A DNA stretch of 64,000 nucleotides, from contig CBDCJO010000002.1 of assembly GCA_965217865.1 (NCBI GenBank), forward strand, positions 1,440,001 to 1,504,000, given 5' to 3'. Below the pieces are notes generated by a model that was not told the DNA's origin, ran no database searches, and saw only the letters and a program-made list of their open reading frames with translations. Shown here piece after piece: positions 47,902 to 58,268 of the stretch; the first letter of the stretch is position 1; each line of letters begins with the position of its first letter. This DNA is from Candidatus Latescibacterota bacterium. GTDB lineage: Bacteria > Latescibacterota > UBA2968 > SICM01. The translations under genes were made by a program, and so were the position numbers.

Positions 47902-49482
47902 TCAAGGGATATCGACTCGAACCTCCGCTTCCTGTACGATGACGTTCTCTCCGTCAACGGCATGCCCCTCGCGAAGCGCAAAGCCGATCTCGTTCCAGCC
48001 GTCACGGAGCATGCCATCCTGGAGCCTAAATTCCGCGTACAGGAATCCCTCCCCCTCGTGAGGAATCAGCGACAATCCCTTGGTGGAAACTTCCTTTCCG
48101 TTGACGTCTACCAGCAACGAGCCGATGTTGTCCAGATGGCGCGCTTTGAAACGCACCCACGCGTCCACTTCCTTCAGGTTCTCGTGCAGGCGACACGGAA
48201 CAGCCTTCCGCTCCGATGAGCCAGCCTCGAATTCGAGGCGGAGGAAACGCTGCACACAGTAAAGTGGCGCCTCTTTCAGATAGGTGTAGCGCCGTTCCTT
48301 CCCTTTTATGCCCTCGGGCAGGCAGATGTCGGGCAGAGGAAAGAGGTGGTGGTACGCGCATTCGTAGAAATTGAAGAACGATACGCCATCGGCCCCTTCT
48401 GCATAGAATCCGTGGACCAGAGCGCGAATGTTTTCACGTGTCACTTTCGTAATGCCTTCGCCCTCCATCTCGTATTCTTCCGGTATGCATACATCCGTCG
48501 CGAACGATGTGGCGCCTGTGATCCCGGGAAGCACGGCGCAGGACGTGCCGGAAGCCAGCTTCACCCAAGGCTCGATGGTCATCCTAAAGTCTGAGAGGAA
48601 ATTCTCTGTGGGGCTCACGTAGTCGAGCAATCCGTCTCTAATCCACTTCTCGACCTCGAGACCTATCACCCGGCAGAAATCCGGGTCCCACGGCACCATG
48701 GCACCTAAGATCGGCTTGGATTTCCCTCGCTTGCTCACGGTCTCATCTACGATCTTGCGGCATTCGGCGACGAACGATGTAAGGTGATGTGCGTTCTTCG
48801 AAGGAAAACTCACACAAAACAATGTGCGCAGGAAATTGAGCGTCAGGCCCTGGAGATCGTAGCGTTGCATGAATTCGCGCACAATTGCCAAGCGGTGTTC
48901 GCGTACCTGCGGCACGGCGTAGTCAAGCAGGTGGGGGCGGACCTCCTTAATAAAAGCAGGGACCAAGGTATTGGGACCACCAACGCAGGGGTGGGATTCA
49001 AAGGATACCTCACCACCAGCCTTCTCCTCCATGCTGCCTATTCTCCATTCCGGGTGGTCAAGCCAGAACTGGCTTGCCATCCCCGGGAAGCCAGCCTCAG
49101 CCACGTGGTGGGCGTCATTCACACGCATCTTCGCCAGTACGGTGCAGCCGTCTTTGCGGAATTGATTGACCGCGACCCCGAAAGGATCCACACCCGCTGC
49201 GGTTAATACCTTATACGCCTGGACGACGAGATTCACCGGTAGCCCAGTTCCGAAGGCTAATGCGGCCGAACCTTCGGTTGATCCCCAAACTTCCCCCACA
49301 TGTGCCGGGTAGTAGTAGCATACTTCCGGGATGGCTGCACACAGACTGATCATGTCTGCTCTGCTCTTCAGCAACCGTTGGGCGGCCTCTGCCAGTTCCG
49401 CCCGCCCGTCCTCTCCGACGGGCACGCCCAAAAAGCCGGAATCGTCGTGGATTACGATCTGTTTCCTGCTACGAGCATCCAT
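47902..49482 (-). CDS. GHL10-like TIM-barrel protein with C-terminal beta domain
   Basis: IHDD, DPFG, RVNDAHH, HPEWR, LDYA.P.VR, YDLQG..LNFLR, EGADGV.FFN. Confidence 0.75.
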   Translation of the reverse strand: MDARSRKQIVIHDDSGFLGVPVGEDGRAELAEAAQRLLKSRADMISLCAAIPEVCYYYPAHVGEVWGSTEGSAALAFGTGLPVNLVVQAYKVLTAAGVDPFGVAVNQFRKDGCTVLAKMRVNDAHHVAEAGFPGMASQFWLDHPEWRIGSMEEKAGGEVSFESHPCVGGPNTLVPAFIKEVRPHLLDYAVPQVREHRLAIVREFMQRYDLQGLTLNFLRTLFCVSFPSKNAHHLTSFVAECRKIVDETVSKRGKSKPILGAMVPWDPDFCRVIGLEVEKWIRDGLLDYVSPTENFLSDFRMTIEPWVKLASGTSCAVLPGITGATSFATDVCIPEEYEMEGEGITKVTRENIRALVHGFYAEGADGVSFFNFYECAYHHLFPLPDICLPEGIKGKERRYTYLKEAPLYCVQRFLRLEFEAGSSERKAVPCRLHENLKEVDAWVRFKARHLDNIGSLLVDVNGKEVSTKGLSLIPHEGEGFLYAEFRLQDGMLRDGWNEIGFALREGHAVDGENVIVQEAEVRVDIP

Positions 49483-49641
49483 GTTATCGTCCTTTGTTCA
49501 GTGCGGAAGTTGACGACGATCCGCACCGTCCGAGTCCGCAGCGTAGACCTCGTGCGTCCGTTCAGATCATTGTGTTCGCCGAAGTCGCGGACTGACGGAC
49601 ATGCCGCCTTAACAATACCATAGGCTGTGGAACGGAAAAGC

Positions 49642-50688
49642 TTATTCTGCGCATGGCTCACGTTTCACGCGGAGCTTCGCGCCCAGAAGTGCGGCGCGAA
49701 AGTCCTCCAGGGGCAGCTTGTCGTCCGCCATGGCCACGGTTGTGTAATGCGTTGTGTGGGCGCCGCAGCCGACCTGCATCGTCATCTTGCCGTAGAAGTA
49801 ACGGTGCGGGTAACAGATCAGGCCGCGCGATTGCCAGATCGGATTGCCGAAGATGTTGCATTCCATGACCGATTCCGGCGGAAACTCGACCTCCATCACA
49901 TGCGGCGGGTCCGTGATGCCGCGCATCCCCTCCCAGTATTGGGCCACGTATCGGCCGTAGGTCGGTCCGCTGTTTGCCGTTCTTAGGATGAACAGCCGAA
50001 TGTTTTCGGGCATGGCAAGATTCTCGTCCACGACTGTGGCGTTCATCAACATGGGGCTCCAGTCCGGATTGATCCAATCAAAACGGCGCTCGATCGGTCG
50101 AGCCAGCCCGAACGCACGACCCATGTGTATGGGAAATGTGGCCACGCAGCCCATCCAGTTTGCCCCGAACGCGATGAATTCCGCTGTGGCCGGATCGAAC
50201 GTGTACCCTTGCTCATTGAGTTGTTCGGTCAGGTCGATGGTCCACGCCTTTGAGCGTCCCCACGCACTGAATTCATTGTCCGGCACGTCGCAGCCGCGAT
50301 TCTGGATGGCCAGGCGCCGGTCTTCGAGCCCTTTCTCGAATTCGGGGCCCATTACGCGACAATTCTGCGCAAGATCGTTCTCCAGGCGGCAGACCACGCA
50401 GCGTGGCCCGAATTGCTCGCGGGCCAGTTCAACCAACTCTGGATTGGACTCCAGAACGAAGATGCCTTCGTGCGCTTGAGCTTTGCGGATCAGGCGGTAA
50501 TAATTTTCGCGTAACTGAAGGGCGCGGCGGTGGCACACTTCAGCCCGGTCGGGCCAGTAATCCCACACGTGACCGAATCGCCTTCCGCGCTCCGCGTCGT
50601 CTAGCCGGAAGATGTCCAGCCATCCCAGTGCGTGACAGCACAAGTAGATGCGGCGAAGCTTCTTAAGCGATTGATCAATTTTGAGCAT
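49642..50688 (-). CDS. Hypothetical protein
   Basis: 348-aa ORF with RBS GGAGG, co-oriented in the cluster; no family recognised. Confidence 0.7.
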   Translation of the reverse strand: MLKIDQSLKKLRRIYLCCHALGWLDIFRLDDAERGRRFGHVWDYWPDRAEVCHRRALQLRENYYRLIRKAQAHEGIFVLESNPELVELAREQFGPRCVVCRLENDLAQNCRVMGPEFEKGLEDRRLAIQNRGCDVPDNEFSAWGRSKAWTIDLTEQLNEQGYTFDPATAEFIAFGANWMGCVATFPIHMGRAFGLARPIERRFDWINPDWSPMLMNATVVDENLAMPENIRLFILRTANSGPTYGRYVAQYWEGMRGITDPPHVMEVEFPPESVMECNIFGNPIWQSRGLICYPHRYFYGKMTMQVGCGAHTTHYTTVAMADDKLPLEDFRAALLGAKLRVKREPCAE

Positions 50689-50711
50689 CCTCCATCGCCT
50701 CCTGTTGCGTT

Positions 50712-50746
50712 GCCTTATCTTCCATCTGAAGGGTCCCTTTGCTTCA
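50712..50746. repeat. 35-bp perfect direct repeat, copy 2
   Basis: Identical to 47747-47781; lies 4 bp after the fucosidase stop. Confidence 0.9.
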
Positions 50747-50750
50747 ATCG

Positions 50751-51713
50751 TTAAAAAGCCCGCTCTTTCAGCCGACGTCCGACCTCGGCAAGCACGTTTG
50801 CGTCCTCATCCTGAATCAATCCGCGGTCGGTTGGGGGGACGTTCAGCAGCAGATTGCCTCCGCGACCCCAGGCGATCTTGAGCCAGTCGATAATCGTGTC
50901 CGGAGGATGGGGGGTGTCCTCGGGCGTATAGAACCAGCGACGGTGTATGCTATCGCACGTCTCGATCGGTAAATAGCGGAAGTCGTCTCCGCGCACCATC
51001 CTTCGGATCGGTCGCGTGTCGGGGATGTAGAGCTGGTCACCCACCATTTTGTGCACACGCTCGATGCAGTTCAGGTCGACGGGGGAGAGGGCCAGCTCGC
51101 CTCCGTTCATCTTTCCCGGATTGCAAAGCACAAGGCAATCCGGCTGCAGGGACTTGATGTGGTCGTAGAGCTCACGCCAGTGCCACCGGGTCGCATCGTG
51201 CCATCCCCACCATCCCTTCTCCCAGCCAGCGTCGAACCATATTTCGAGTATGGGGCCGTAATCGGTCAGGAGCTCGGTCAACTGGCGCTTCATAAATTCC
51301 GCGTACGCCGCGTCATCCTCGTAGCTCGGCTCGTGCGTGTCCCACAGGGAATAGTACAACCCGATCTTGATCCCCCTGCTCTCGAAGGCCTCGCAGATCT
51401 CCTTCAAAATATCTCGACGCATCGGGGTCGTCATGATGTTGTAATCGGTCAGGCTGGTGTCCCAGATGCAGAACCCTTCGTGGTGCCTGGTCGTAATCAC
51501 GGCGTATTTCACTCCGCCAGCGTCGGCGACCTCGGCCCACTGATGCGGATCGAAGTCAACCGGGTCGAACTTGGCGGGATCTTCCTCCCCGGTTCCTGCT
51601 TCGATGTGGTAGAAGGTATTCAGGTTGAAGCAGACAAACAACCCGAATCGGAGGTCCATCCAGGCCTTCTGGGCCTGCGTGGGTCCTATGCGTTCAGGCT
51701 GATCGCCATGCAT
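50751..51713 (-). CDS. GH29 alpha-L-fucosidase
   Basis: FGLF, FDP.QW, TTRHHEGFC.W, GLYYS.WD, QLTELLTDYG, WFD nucleophile, NLLLNVPP. Confidence 0.92.
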   Translation of the reverse strand: MHGDQPERIGPTQAQKAWMDLRFGLFVCFNLNTFYHIEAGTGEEDPAKFDPVDFDPHQWAEVADAGGVKYAVITTRHHEGFCIWDTSLTDYNIMTTPMRRDILKEICEAFESRGIKIGLYYSLWDTHEPSYEDDAAYAEFMKRQLTELLTDYGPILEIWFDAGWEKGWWGWHDATRWHWRELYDHIKSLQPDCLVLCNPGKMNGGELALSPVDLNCIERVHKMVGDQLYIPDTRPIRRMVRGDDFRYLPIETCDSIHRRWFYTPEDTPHPPDTIIDWLKIAWGRGGNLLLNVPPTDRGLIQDEDANVLAEVGRRLKERAF

Positions 51714-51772
51714 GATTCGTGTCCTCCTCCTATTTGAGCAAGCCTGGGTTCAAATGCCATTCTGGCGTGTGG

Positions 51773-53005
51773 TTATCCGGTGCGACTTTGCCCAATGGAG
51801 ATGCGTTCATCTTCTGTTGTTCCCCGTTCCACTTGTCGCGTTACTTTCTCAAGATTGTTCAAAAACTCCGGGATGACCTCTTCGTGGTGGGGCATAACAA
51901 CGAGGCGCAAGCATTCTGGGTTCCGCATCCGTCCATCCCCTTCCACCCCAACCTGTCCATTCCCTCTGCAATGGAAGATACGCCGATTCTGTTTGTTGTG
52001 GATATGACCGGAACGATGTTGATCTCAGGTTCAACGGCGATATCGAGGCCCCGAACCTTTCGGACACCCGTAATCAGTGCCTGCGTATTCTTCATCACCT
52101 TGTCCACCACCTTCAAATAGCCTTCTTCGCCGAGAAGGTTGAGGGCCGTCCAGGCACTTGCGATTCCTGAACCCGAATGGCTTCCCTCGATAGCCGGACT
52201 GCGATAATCTCCGCCGACCCAATTCGTCATATTGAAACCCTGAAGGCGGAACAGCTCCTCAGTTCTATAAAGTTGAACGCCGGTGGGATAAGCAGCCAGC
52301 CCCAGCTTATGGGGATCAATCGATATCGAACTGACGGCTTTCACCTGAAAGTCCCAATCATCCGGAAGGGGGTGAGTTTTTTGGCGAAGGGGATGATGAA
52401 GCCGCCAAGGCAGGCATCCACGTGGAGAAACAGGCCGTGCTTTTCAGCGATCTGACCCAGGTCAACGACGGGATCGATTTGTCCGTGGGTGGGTGTTCCA
52501 GCAGTGCAAAATATGGCGATGGTATTCTGATTGATCGCCGCTTCAATCGCCTCCGGATCCGCCTTGAAGTTCTTGTCAAGAGGTGTCCGGATAATATCCA
52601 CCCCCATAAGGGTTCCGCCCTTTTCGACCGATGGATGCGCTGTTTCGGGTGCGACAATGTTGGGGGATTCAATCTCAGGATGTTTCTTGCGTGCATTCTC
52701 CCGAGCTACAAGGACAGCCTGAATGTTACTCATGGTCCCACCGGGGGTAACATTCCCGGCCGCGTCCGGATGACCGAGGAGGTCTCCGACCATGGAGACG
52801 ACTTCCTTTTCCAGTTTCGTACAGCTTGGGAATGCAGTGTGGAAGAAATAGTTCTTTCCATGAACTGCACGGAGGCTTTGATCACCACCTCGTCGAGGCG
52901 GTGAGTGCTTGCCCACACTCGCTCAAGAGGAGCGTCATCTGCTTCAAACGTCTTCAGTGCGGCTGTAATCTCAGGCTCTCTCTTGCCTTTCGCAGGGAGC
53001 TTCAT
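51773..53005 (-). pseudogene. Group II PLP decarboxylase / sphingosine-1-phosphate-lyase-like gene with three frameshifts
   Basis: GGTMSN, AH.SV.K, G.IDP, LHVDACLGG and SIDPHK motifs spread over several frames (shifts near 52855, 52375 and 51920). Confidence 0.85.
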
Positions 53006-53122
53006 CTCCTCAACCTCCTTACAAGCTGCGATCAGGATTCTTCCTGTTCGGCGTTTCGCATTGGAACTTGAGCAAGGTGGCAAGAGCCGGTATCAATATC
53101 GAAAAGGAATGTTCAGGCAGGC

Positions 53123-54532
53123 TCACCGCTGACCGATGGCGTCCGTGAAGCTCATGCCACGATAGTCCGGCAGCTCCCCTCCGGCATCCTGCATCGCGCG
53201 CTCATAGGCCATCTTCACCTCGTCATGACGTTGTTCGACGAGATTGTTCCGGCACCTCGGGTCGCTTCGCGGGTCGAACACTTCACCGGCAACCCCGTCG
53301 AGGTCCATGAGGACGAAGTTTTCGTGGTCGCGATACCAGAGGGAATCGCGATAGCGACTTGTGAGGTACTCCCTGGGGTGCCACCCGCCGCCGTGGATAA
53401 GGGGGGTGAGATCGCTTCCGTCGATCGAAAGGTCGGACCCCATGGCCTGTGCGACGCCGCTCTGATGGTAGAGCGTGGCCACGATGTCGGTGTTATAGAC
53501 GAGTTCGTCGAAGCGCTTTCCGGATCCAGCGCCTCCAGGGAATCGGATGAGAAGCGGCACGTGTACCACCCCCGGATACATCGCGTGGTGGGGTTTGCCG
53601 AGGATTCGGCGGGGGTTGTCCGCGAAGTTGGTGCCGTGGTCGGAAGTGAAGACGATCACGGAGTTGTCATAGAGGCCGACGCGCTTGATCGTGTCGATCA
53701 GCCGGCCGAACCATGTGTCGACCAGGGACACGAGTCCGGCGTAATGGGCCTGGACGTGCCGGAGTTCCTCCTCGTTCAACTGCCCGCCAATCTCGGCGTA
53801 ATGGATATGCAGCGCGGTTCGGCCGGCGTAGTTCGGGTCGGCATACAGGCGGAGGTAGGACGGTGGGGCCTCCCATGGCTCGTGGGGCGCGAACGAATCG
53901 GCCAGAAGATAGATCGGCTGATATCCGGTGTTCTGCTCGACGAACTCCGCCGCCCATCGGAATACCTGTGCGGTGCGGGTGTCCTCCTCGTTCTTCTCGT
54001 GGGCCGTGTTGGCCAGATGCCGGGCGATCAGTCCCCCGGGCAGCTTTTTTGCCTCCTCATCCGGATCTCCGTAGTTCGCGATCTTCTCCCGGGGGACGAT
54101 AGCGGGAGATTTCCAGCGGTCCTGCTGCATCCCTCGCACGTAGTGCCACTGCCAGAAGCCGCGGGTGAAGTTCATGCCGGGCGCGAAATAGGGGAGGGTG
54201 TCCGTGACGAAGCCGGTGTAGTAACCGCGGTCGGCCAGGTTCTCGGCCAGAGTGTCCTCAGCGTTGTCCATGGGCTGCCATCCGGGCAAATTGACGATGT
54301 CCCATTTGAGGGGCTTCCAGGTACGGATCGGAAAGATTCGTCTCCCGGTGTGGAAGGACCGCCTGTATGGGATTGTCGGGAGAACCTCAGGGTAGCAGGA
54401 ATCAAAAAGTGCGGCATCGCGGGCGAAGGCTTCGATGTGAGGGGTCCGGATTCGCCCGTTGCCATAGCAGCCCAGGTAGTCGACCCTGAGGGTGTCCGCG
54501 ATCACCACAATAAGGTTCGGTTTTTTCACCAT
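53123..54532 (-). CDS. Sulfatase-like hydrolase with Thr at the usual Cys/Ser position
   Basis: PNLIVVIADTLR.D.LG.YG, TIPYR.S.HTG, PHEPW, FTSDHG, VPLLIR.P. Confidence 0.88.
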   Translation of the reverse strand: MVKKPNLIVVIADTLRVDYLGCYGNGRIRTPHIEAFARDAALFDSCYPEVLPTIPYRRSFHTGRRIFPIRTWKPLKWDIVNLPGWQPMDNAEDTLAENLADRGYYTGFVTDTLPYFAPGMNFTRGFWQWHYVRGMQQDRWKSPAIVPREKIANYGDPDEEAKKLPGGLIARHLANTAHEKNEEDTRTAQVFRWAAEFVEQNTGYQPIYLLADSFAPHEPWEAPPSYLRLYADPNYAGRTALHIHYAEIGGQLNEEELRHVQAHYAGLVSLVDTWFGRLIDTIKRVGLYDNSVIVFTSDHGTNFADNPRRILGKPHHAMYPGVVHVPLLIRFPGGAGSGKRFDELVYNTDIVATLYHQSGVAQAMGSDLSIDGSDLTPLIHGGGWHPREYLTSRYRDSLWYRDHENFVLMDLDGVAGEVFDPRSDPRCRNNLVEQRHDEVKMAYERAMQDAGGELPDYRGMSFTDAIGQR

Positions 54533-54560
54533 TGTGAATTCCCCGGGGATTTTCCCGCCT

Positions 54561-56147
54561 TCATCTCTTGTGCTCCAGCTGAACGGCCAGCCAGTATGGG
54601 TAGGTTTCATCACGATGCGTGATCTCGACGTCCACTTTCCGCACCTCCGCGGGCTCAGGCTTGGGAAACTCGTGAACTCCCGGGGTGGCCCGCAGCGTGA
54701 ACGCCAATCGGTTCAGGCCGCACTTGATCAATTTCGGATCGACGATGGCCTGGAGGTGGCAGGCCTCGTTATCCTCGGGGTGATCCGTGACCGTGAGGGG
54801 GAGGGTGATTCCCTGTTCCCGTTCCACAGGGACCTCCCCGCCGTTGACTTTCAGGGTCACTTCGGCCACGGATGTCACACGGGTGACGTTGATCAGGAAC
54901 CTGACCCCCACAGGAGCGCCGGCGGCCAGGCCCCCCGGGATGTCGTCGGGGATGTCGATCTCCATTTCCCCTTCTCCGCCTTCGGCGCGGGGTCCCAGGA
55001 CCAGGGGCAGGGCCATCTGGAAGACGTAGGTCTTGTTGGCGTCTCTCATCCGCTCCGGGTCGCCGAGCTCACGGAACACCTCCCACTGCAGCTCGTGGTT
55101 GCGGACCAGGTAGTCGTAGAAGAAGATTCCGTCCACGCCCTGTTCATACAGCCTGTGCGCAATCGCGCGGTGCTGAAGGCGGTTGGTCCGACTTGCCGGG
55201 AAACCGTCGACCAGACCGCCACGGCCGAACTTGAAGCGCGTGGGTTTTCCGGGCCCGGCCGCAAGGCTGCAATTCGTGCCCTCGATCGCCTTCCGCCAGC
55301 CGGACATGTCCATCTCGTAGAGTGAGGCCGCGCGGCAGTGTGCGATGAGGATGTCTATGAGACCCTCTCGCGCCCAGGTGCGAACGTCCAGACCGATCTG
55401 GAAAAGGCCTTCGATATCATCGTGGTTTCTGTCGTCGAGCTCCTTCCAGATCGTGTCCTCGGTGTAAAACTGTGCGGAGAGCCCGAGCCGCTTGCCCTTC
55501 TTGGCGCCCACCTCGTCCAGCATGGCGCGGATATTGCGCAGGTGCTGGTTCATGGTCTCGCGGCCCTTCTCCGTTTCATCGGGATTGAAATACGGGGGCA
55601 TCCGCGTATAGTCCAGGTCGATGCCGTCCACGTCCCAGGTCTCGGCCACCTCTCTCAGCAGAGCCAGGTGCTGTTCGGCGATTAGCGGCTTGTTCCAGTC
55701 GTAGGTGGCGGAAAGCTGGTGTGCGGGGACCGACTTCAGCCGCAGCTCCGGGTGTTCTTTATAGAACTTGGGTTGCGAGTAATCCAGCCCCGCGTAGGTG
55801 TGGTGCGCATCGTTCATGCGGCAACTGCCCCAGGCCTGGATCCCGCACCTGTGACATTCGTCCACGAAATAGACCATGGGATCTTCGCCCGCCTCGATCC
55901 ACGCCAGGATGCCGGGACGGGGTTCAAGACCGGGAACGCTGGTTTTCTGGGCGACCCCCGGCATTCCGATGCAACGCTGAAAAATGCCGATGTGAGATCC
56001 TTCGATGCTCTGGACCAGGGAGCGAAGCTGCCGCTCCGCGGTTTCGGGACCCGCTCCGGTTTCGTCCCCGTCGTAGGTCATGATCAGTCGTTGACGCGGG
56101 TGGAGATGAACTACCTGGTCTTGATCCTGCTTCTTCTTGTTTGGCAT
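54561..56147 (-). CDS. GHL10-like TIM-barrel protein with C-terminal beta domain
   Basis: TYDG, DPM..FV..CH..G, RMNDAHH, HPEL, WDVDGIDLDYTR, GLDVRTW, GVDGIFFYD; related to 47902-49482. Confidence 0.78.
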   Translation of the reverse strand: MPNKKKQDQDQVVHLHPRQRLIMTYDGDETGAGPETAERQLRSLVQSIEGSHIGIFQRCIGMPGVAQKTSVPGLEPRPGILAWIEAGEDPMVYFVDECHRCGIQAWGSCRMNDAHHTYAGLDYSQPKFYKEHPELRLKSVPAHQLSATYDWNKPLIAEQHLALLREVAETWDVDGIDLDYTRMPPYFNPDETEKGRETMNQHLRNIRAMLDEVGAKKGKRLGLSAQFYTEDTIWKELDDRNHDDIEGLFQIGLDVRTWAREGLIDILIAHCRAASLYEMDMSGWRKAIEGTNCSLAAGPGKPTRFKFGRGGLVDGFPASRTNRLQHRAIAHRLYEQGVDGIFFYDYLVRNHELQWEVFRELGDPERMRDANKTYVFQMALPLVLGPRAEGGEGEMEIDIPDDIPGGLAAGAPVGVRFLINVTRVTSVAEVTLKVNGGEVPVEREQGITLPLTVTDHPEDNEACHLQAIVDPKLIKCGLNRLAFTLRATPGVHEFPKPEPAEVRKVDVEITHRDETYPYWLAVQLEHKR

Positions 56148-56930
56148 GAGTTATCCTTTCTGTAGGTTTTTTCTGGAATGCTCAACCGGCCGTGGAACTC
56201 TGAACCTGCGCAGTAGCTTGCAGCAGTCCGAGCGACCTCAGGGAGCGAGAAGAGATCCGTTGTTAAGGGTCGTATTGTTTTTATCCTAAAGGAGGGGAGA
56301 AAGGAGCGGACCATCACCCTCTATCTAGGTTTGTGTTTTTTCCCCCCAAAACAGAAATGCTCATTGCAGAGAATCCCCGCCAGTCAACCTATCCAGCGGG
56401 GATCTATATTGAGAAAAGTGTTTGATCATGTGAAGTGGGAGGCGGTTGACAGAGCGCTTTGGCAGGTTCACTGGCTTTGAGGGGCCGATGGAGGCTCACG
56501 CGATCACTTGAGATCGCCCGAAAAAACCGAAGTAAGGTTGAATCTAGATAATGGTTGTATGTAGGTTGAGAAGGGATACATATTTTCATATATCCCTGAC
56601 CCACAGGAGGACTAAAGATGCAGCAAACCCACCTCGAAAAGTGACCCGATCAAGAAGCGCAGGATCTTACCCCCGGAATAAGACTATGAGGTTTAACACC
56701 AGCCCGGGAGATGTTTCGGTTGCACAAGTGCTGCGGAATTGAGAGTCCACTCTGGCCCAAATATATTCGCTGGACCAATAATTTCCTTCATATTTGCCGC
56801 CTCAAAGATATATTGTCCACCACTGGTGAATTTCGGGATCGCTCTTTAAGATAACTCACTATATTGAGGTGTATCAAGAGAAAAAACCCTTAATTCACCT
56901 TGTCTTCCACAGGACAGAGAGGATTCTGAC

Positions 56931-57965
56931 ATGAACTCTAACCCCATCAGCATCAACACCTACACCGCCTTGCGCGATGAAGTCGCAAAGGTTTTAAGTG
57001 CCGGAAAAGCCCGGGCCCGTCAGGCCGTGGAACGGGAAAAGGCCAGGACCTACTGGGAGGTTGGGGGCTTGATCCAGGCGCACTTGCTTGCAAATAAGGA
57101 CCGGGCCGACTACGGAAAACAGTTGGTTCCCCGGCTGGCAAATTTCGTGGGGACCAGCGAGAGGGTTTTGTATGAATCCCTTCAATTCTACCGCTCGTTT
57201 CCAATTCTGCGCGCGCGCGCAGAATTGACCTGGTCACACTACCGTACACTGATGAAAATCCCGTCTGAAAAAAAACGGTATCTCTTTTAAAAAGAAGCAG
57301 ATAGACGGGGTTGGACCAGCCGGGAACTGGCCGCCCAGATACAGGCCGGAACCCTCCCCACGAAGAGCGTTCAGCAACCCGAAAAGGGTCCGGTGGCCCG
57401 ACTCCAGGCCAAGCGGGGACGGCATTATACCTACCGGCTGATCGAAGCGCCGGGCGGAAGGGGATTGCGGCTGGATCTGGGGTTCGGAATCCTTCTAAAA
57501 AGGCCGTTGAATCGGCTTGAAAAGCCCCGGGAAGGCACGTTCGTGGAGGTGGTTCGGCGTCCGGGTGACGGCGAACCGTTTTTCAGGCTTCGGACAATTC
57601 GCGACAGGCGCGCCTTTTATTCCTACCGGGCCTACGTGGAGCGCGTGATCGACGGGGACACCCTATGGCTGGACGTGGACTGCGGATTCCAGGTGTGGAC
57701 CCGGCAGAAAGTGCGGCTGAGAGGGATCGACACGCCCGAACTTCGGACCTGGGAGGGTCAGGAAGCCAGAGCATTCGTATCGTCTGCGCTTTCAGGGAAT
57801 GGGTCTGTAGGCGTCACGACGACCAAACCGGACAAGTACGATCGGTATCTGGCGGACGTTTTTTACCTGCCGGGAAAAGGGGAACACGAAGAGGGGCTTC
57901 GAAACGGACGGTTTTTGAACGGGGAGTTGTTGAGGAAGGGATACGCGAAAAGAATTGAAGGTTGA
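56931..57965 (+). pseudogene. DUF1016 N-terminal (YhcG-like) domain fused to a thermonuclease (SNase) domain, with in-frame TAA at 57288-57290
   Basis: TYWEVG..I, RADYG, FYRSFP, LTWSHYR.L; the frame stays open after TAA (KEADRRGWTSREL..QI) into RVIDGDT, RLRGIDTPE, DKYDRYLADV. Confidence 0.82.
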
Positions 57966-58106
57966 CACCATCAGGCCACATCAATATTCAATTCTCCGAT
58001 ATTCAAATATTCAGTGATTCTTCTTGGCGACATAAGTAATTGCACATGTTGTCCAGTTAGATTCGCTTCAACGAGCCTGCTCTTTTCTTGAAGCAAACCT
58101 CCGGCT

Positions 58107-58268
58107 CCTGCCTTTCCCGTTTGACGTTTCACGTTTGCCTCTCACGTTTTTCCTAACCTCTGACCCCTCGCTTTTTTTGATCTTCTTCTGACTTCTGTAT
58201 TCTATATTCTGTATTCTCCGATCCTGCCCCCTGCCTTTCCCGTTTGCCGTTTACCGTCTCACGTTTTC
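58107..58268. repeat. Degenerate heptamer tandem repeats
   Basis: (CGTTTGA/CGTTTCA/CGTTTGC)n in two blocks, each preceded by CCTGCCTTTCC, plus (TTCTGAC/TTCTGTA/TTCTATA)n. Confidence 0.7.

Noticed and set aside
53225-54622. 465-aa plus-strand ORF (likewise 62059-63165, 35510-36553, 42285-43238, 20576-21526)
   Set aside because: All lie antisense to well-supported genes.
56160-56900. Long intergenic stretch with a TCCCCGC/GCGGGGA hairpin and short ORFs
   Set aside because: No convincing gene, RNA motif or complete attC could be supported by eye.
57288-57290. Stop-codon reassignment or Sec/Pyl readthrough
   Set aside because: The codon is TAA, which terminates many other genes here; a nonsense mutation or base-call error is simpler.
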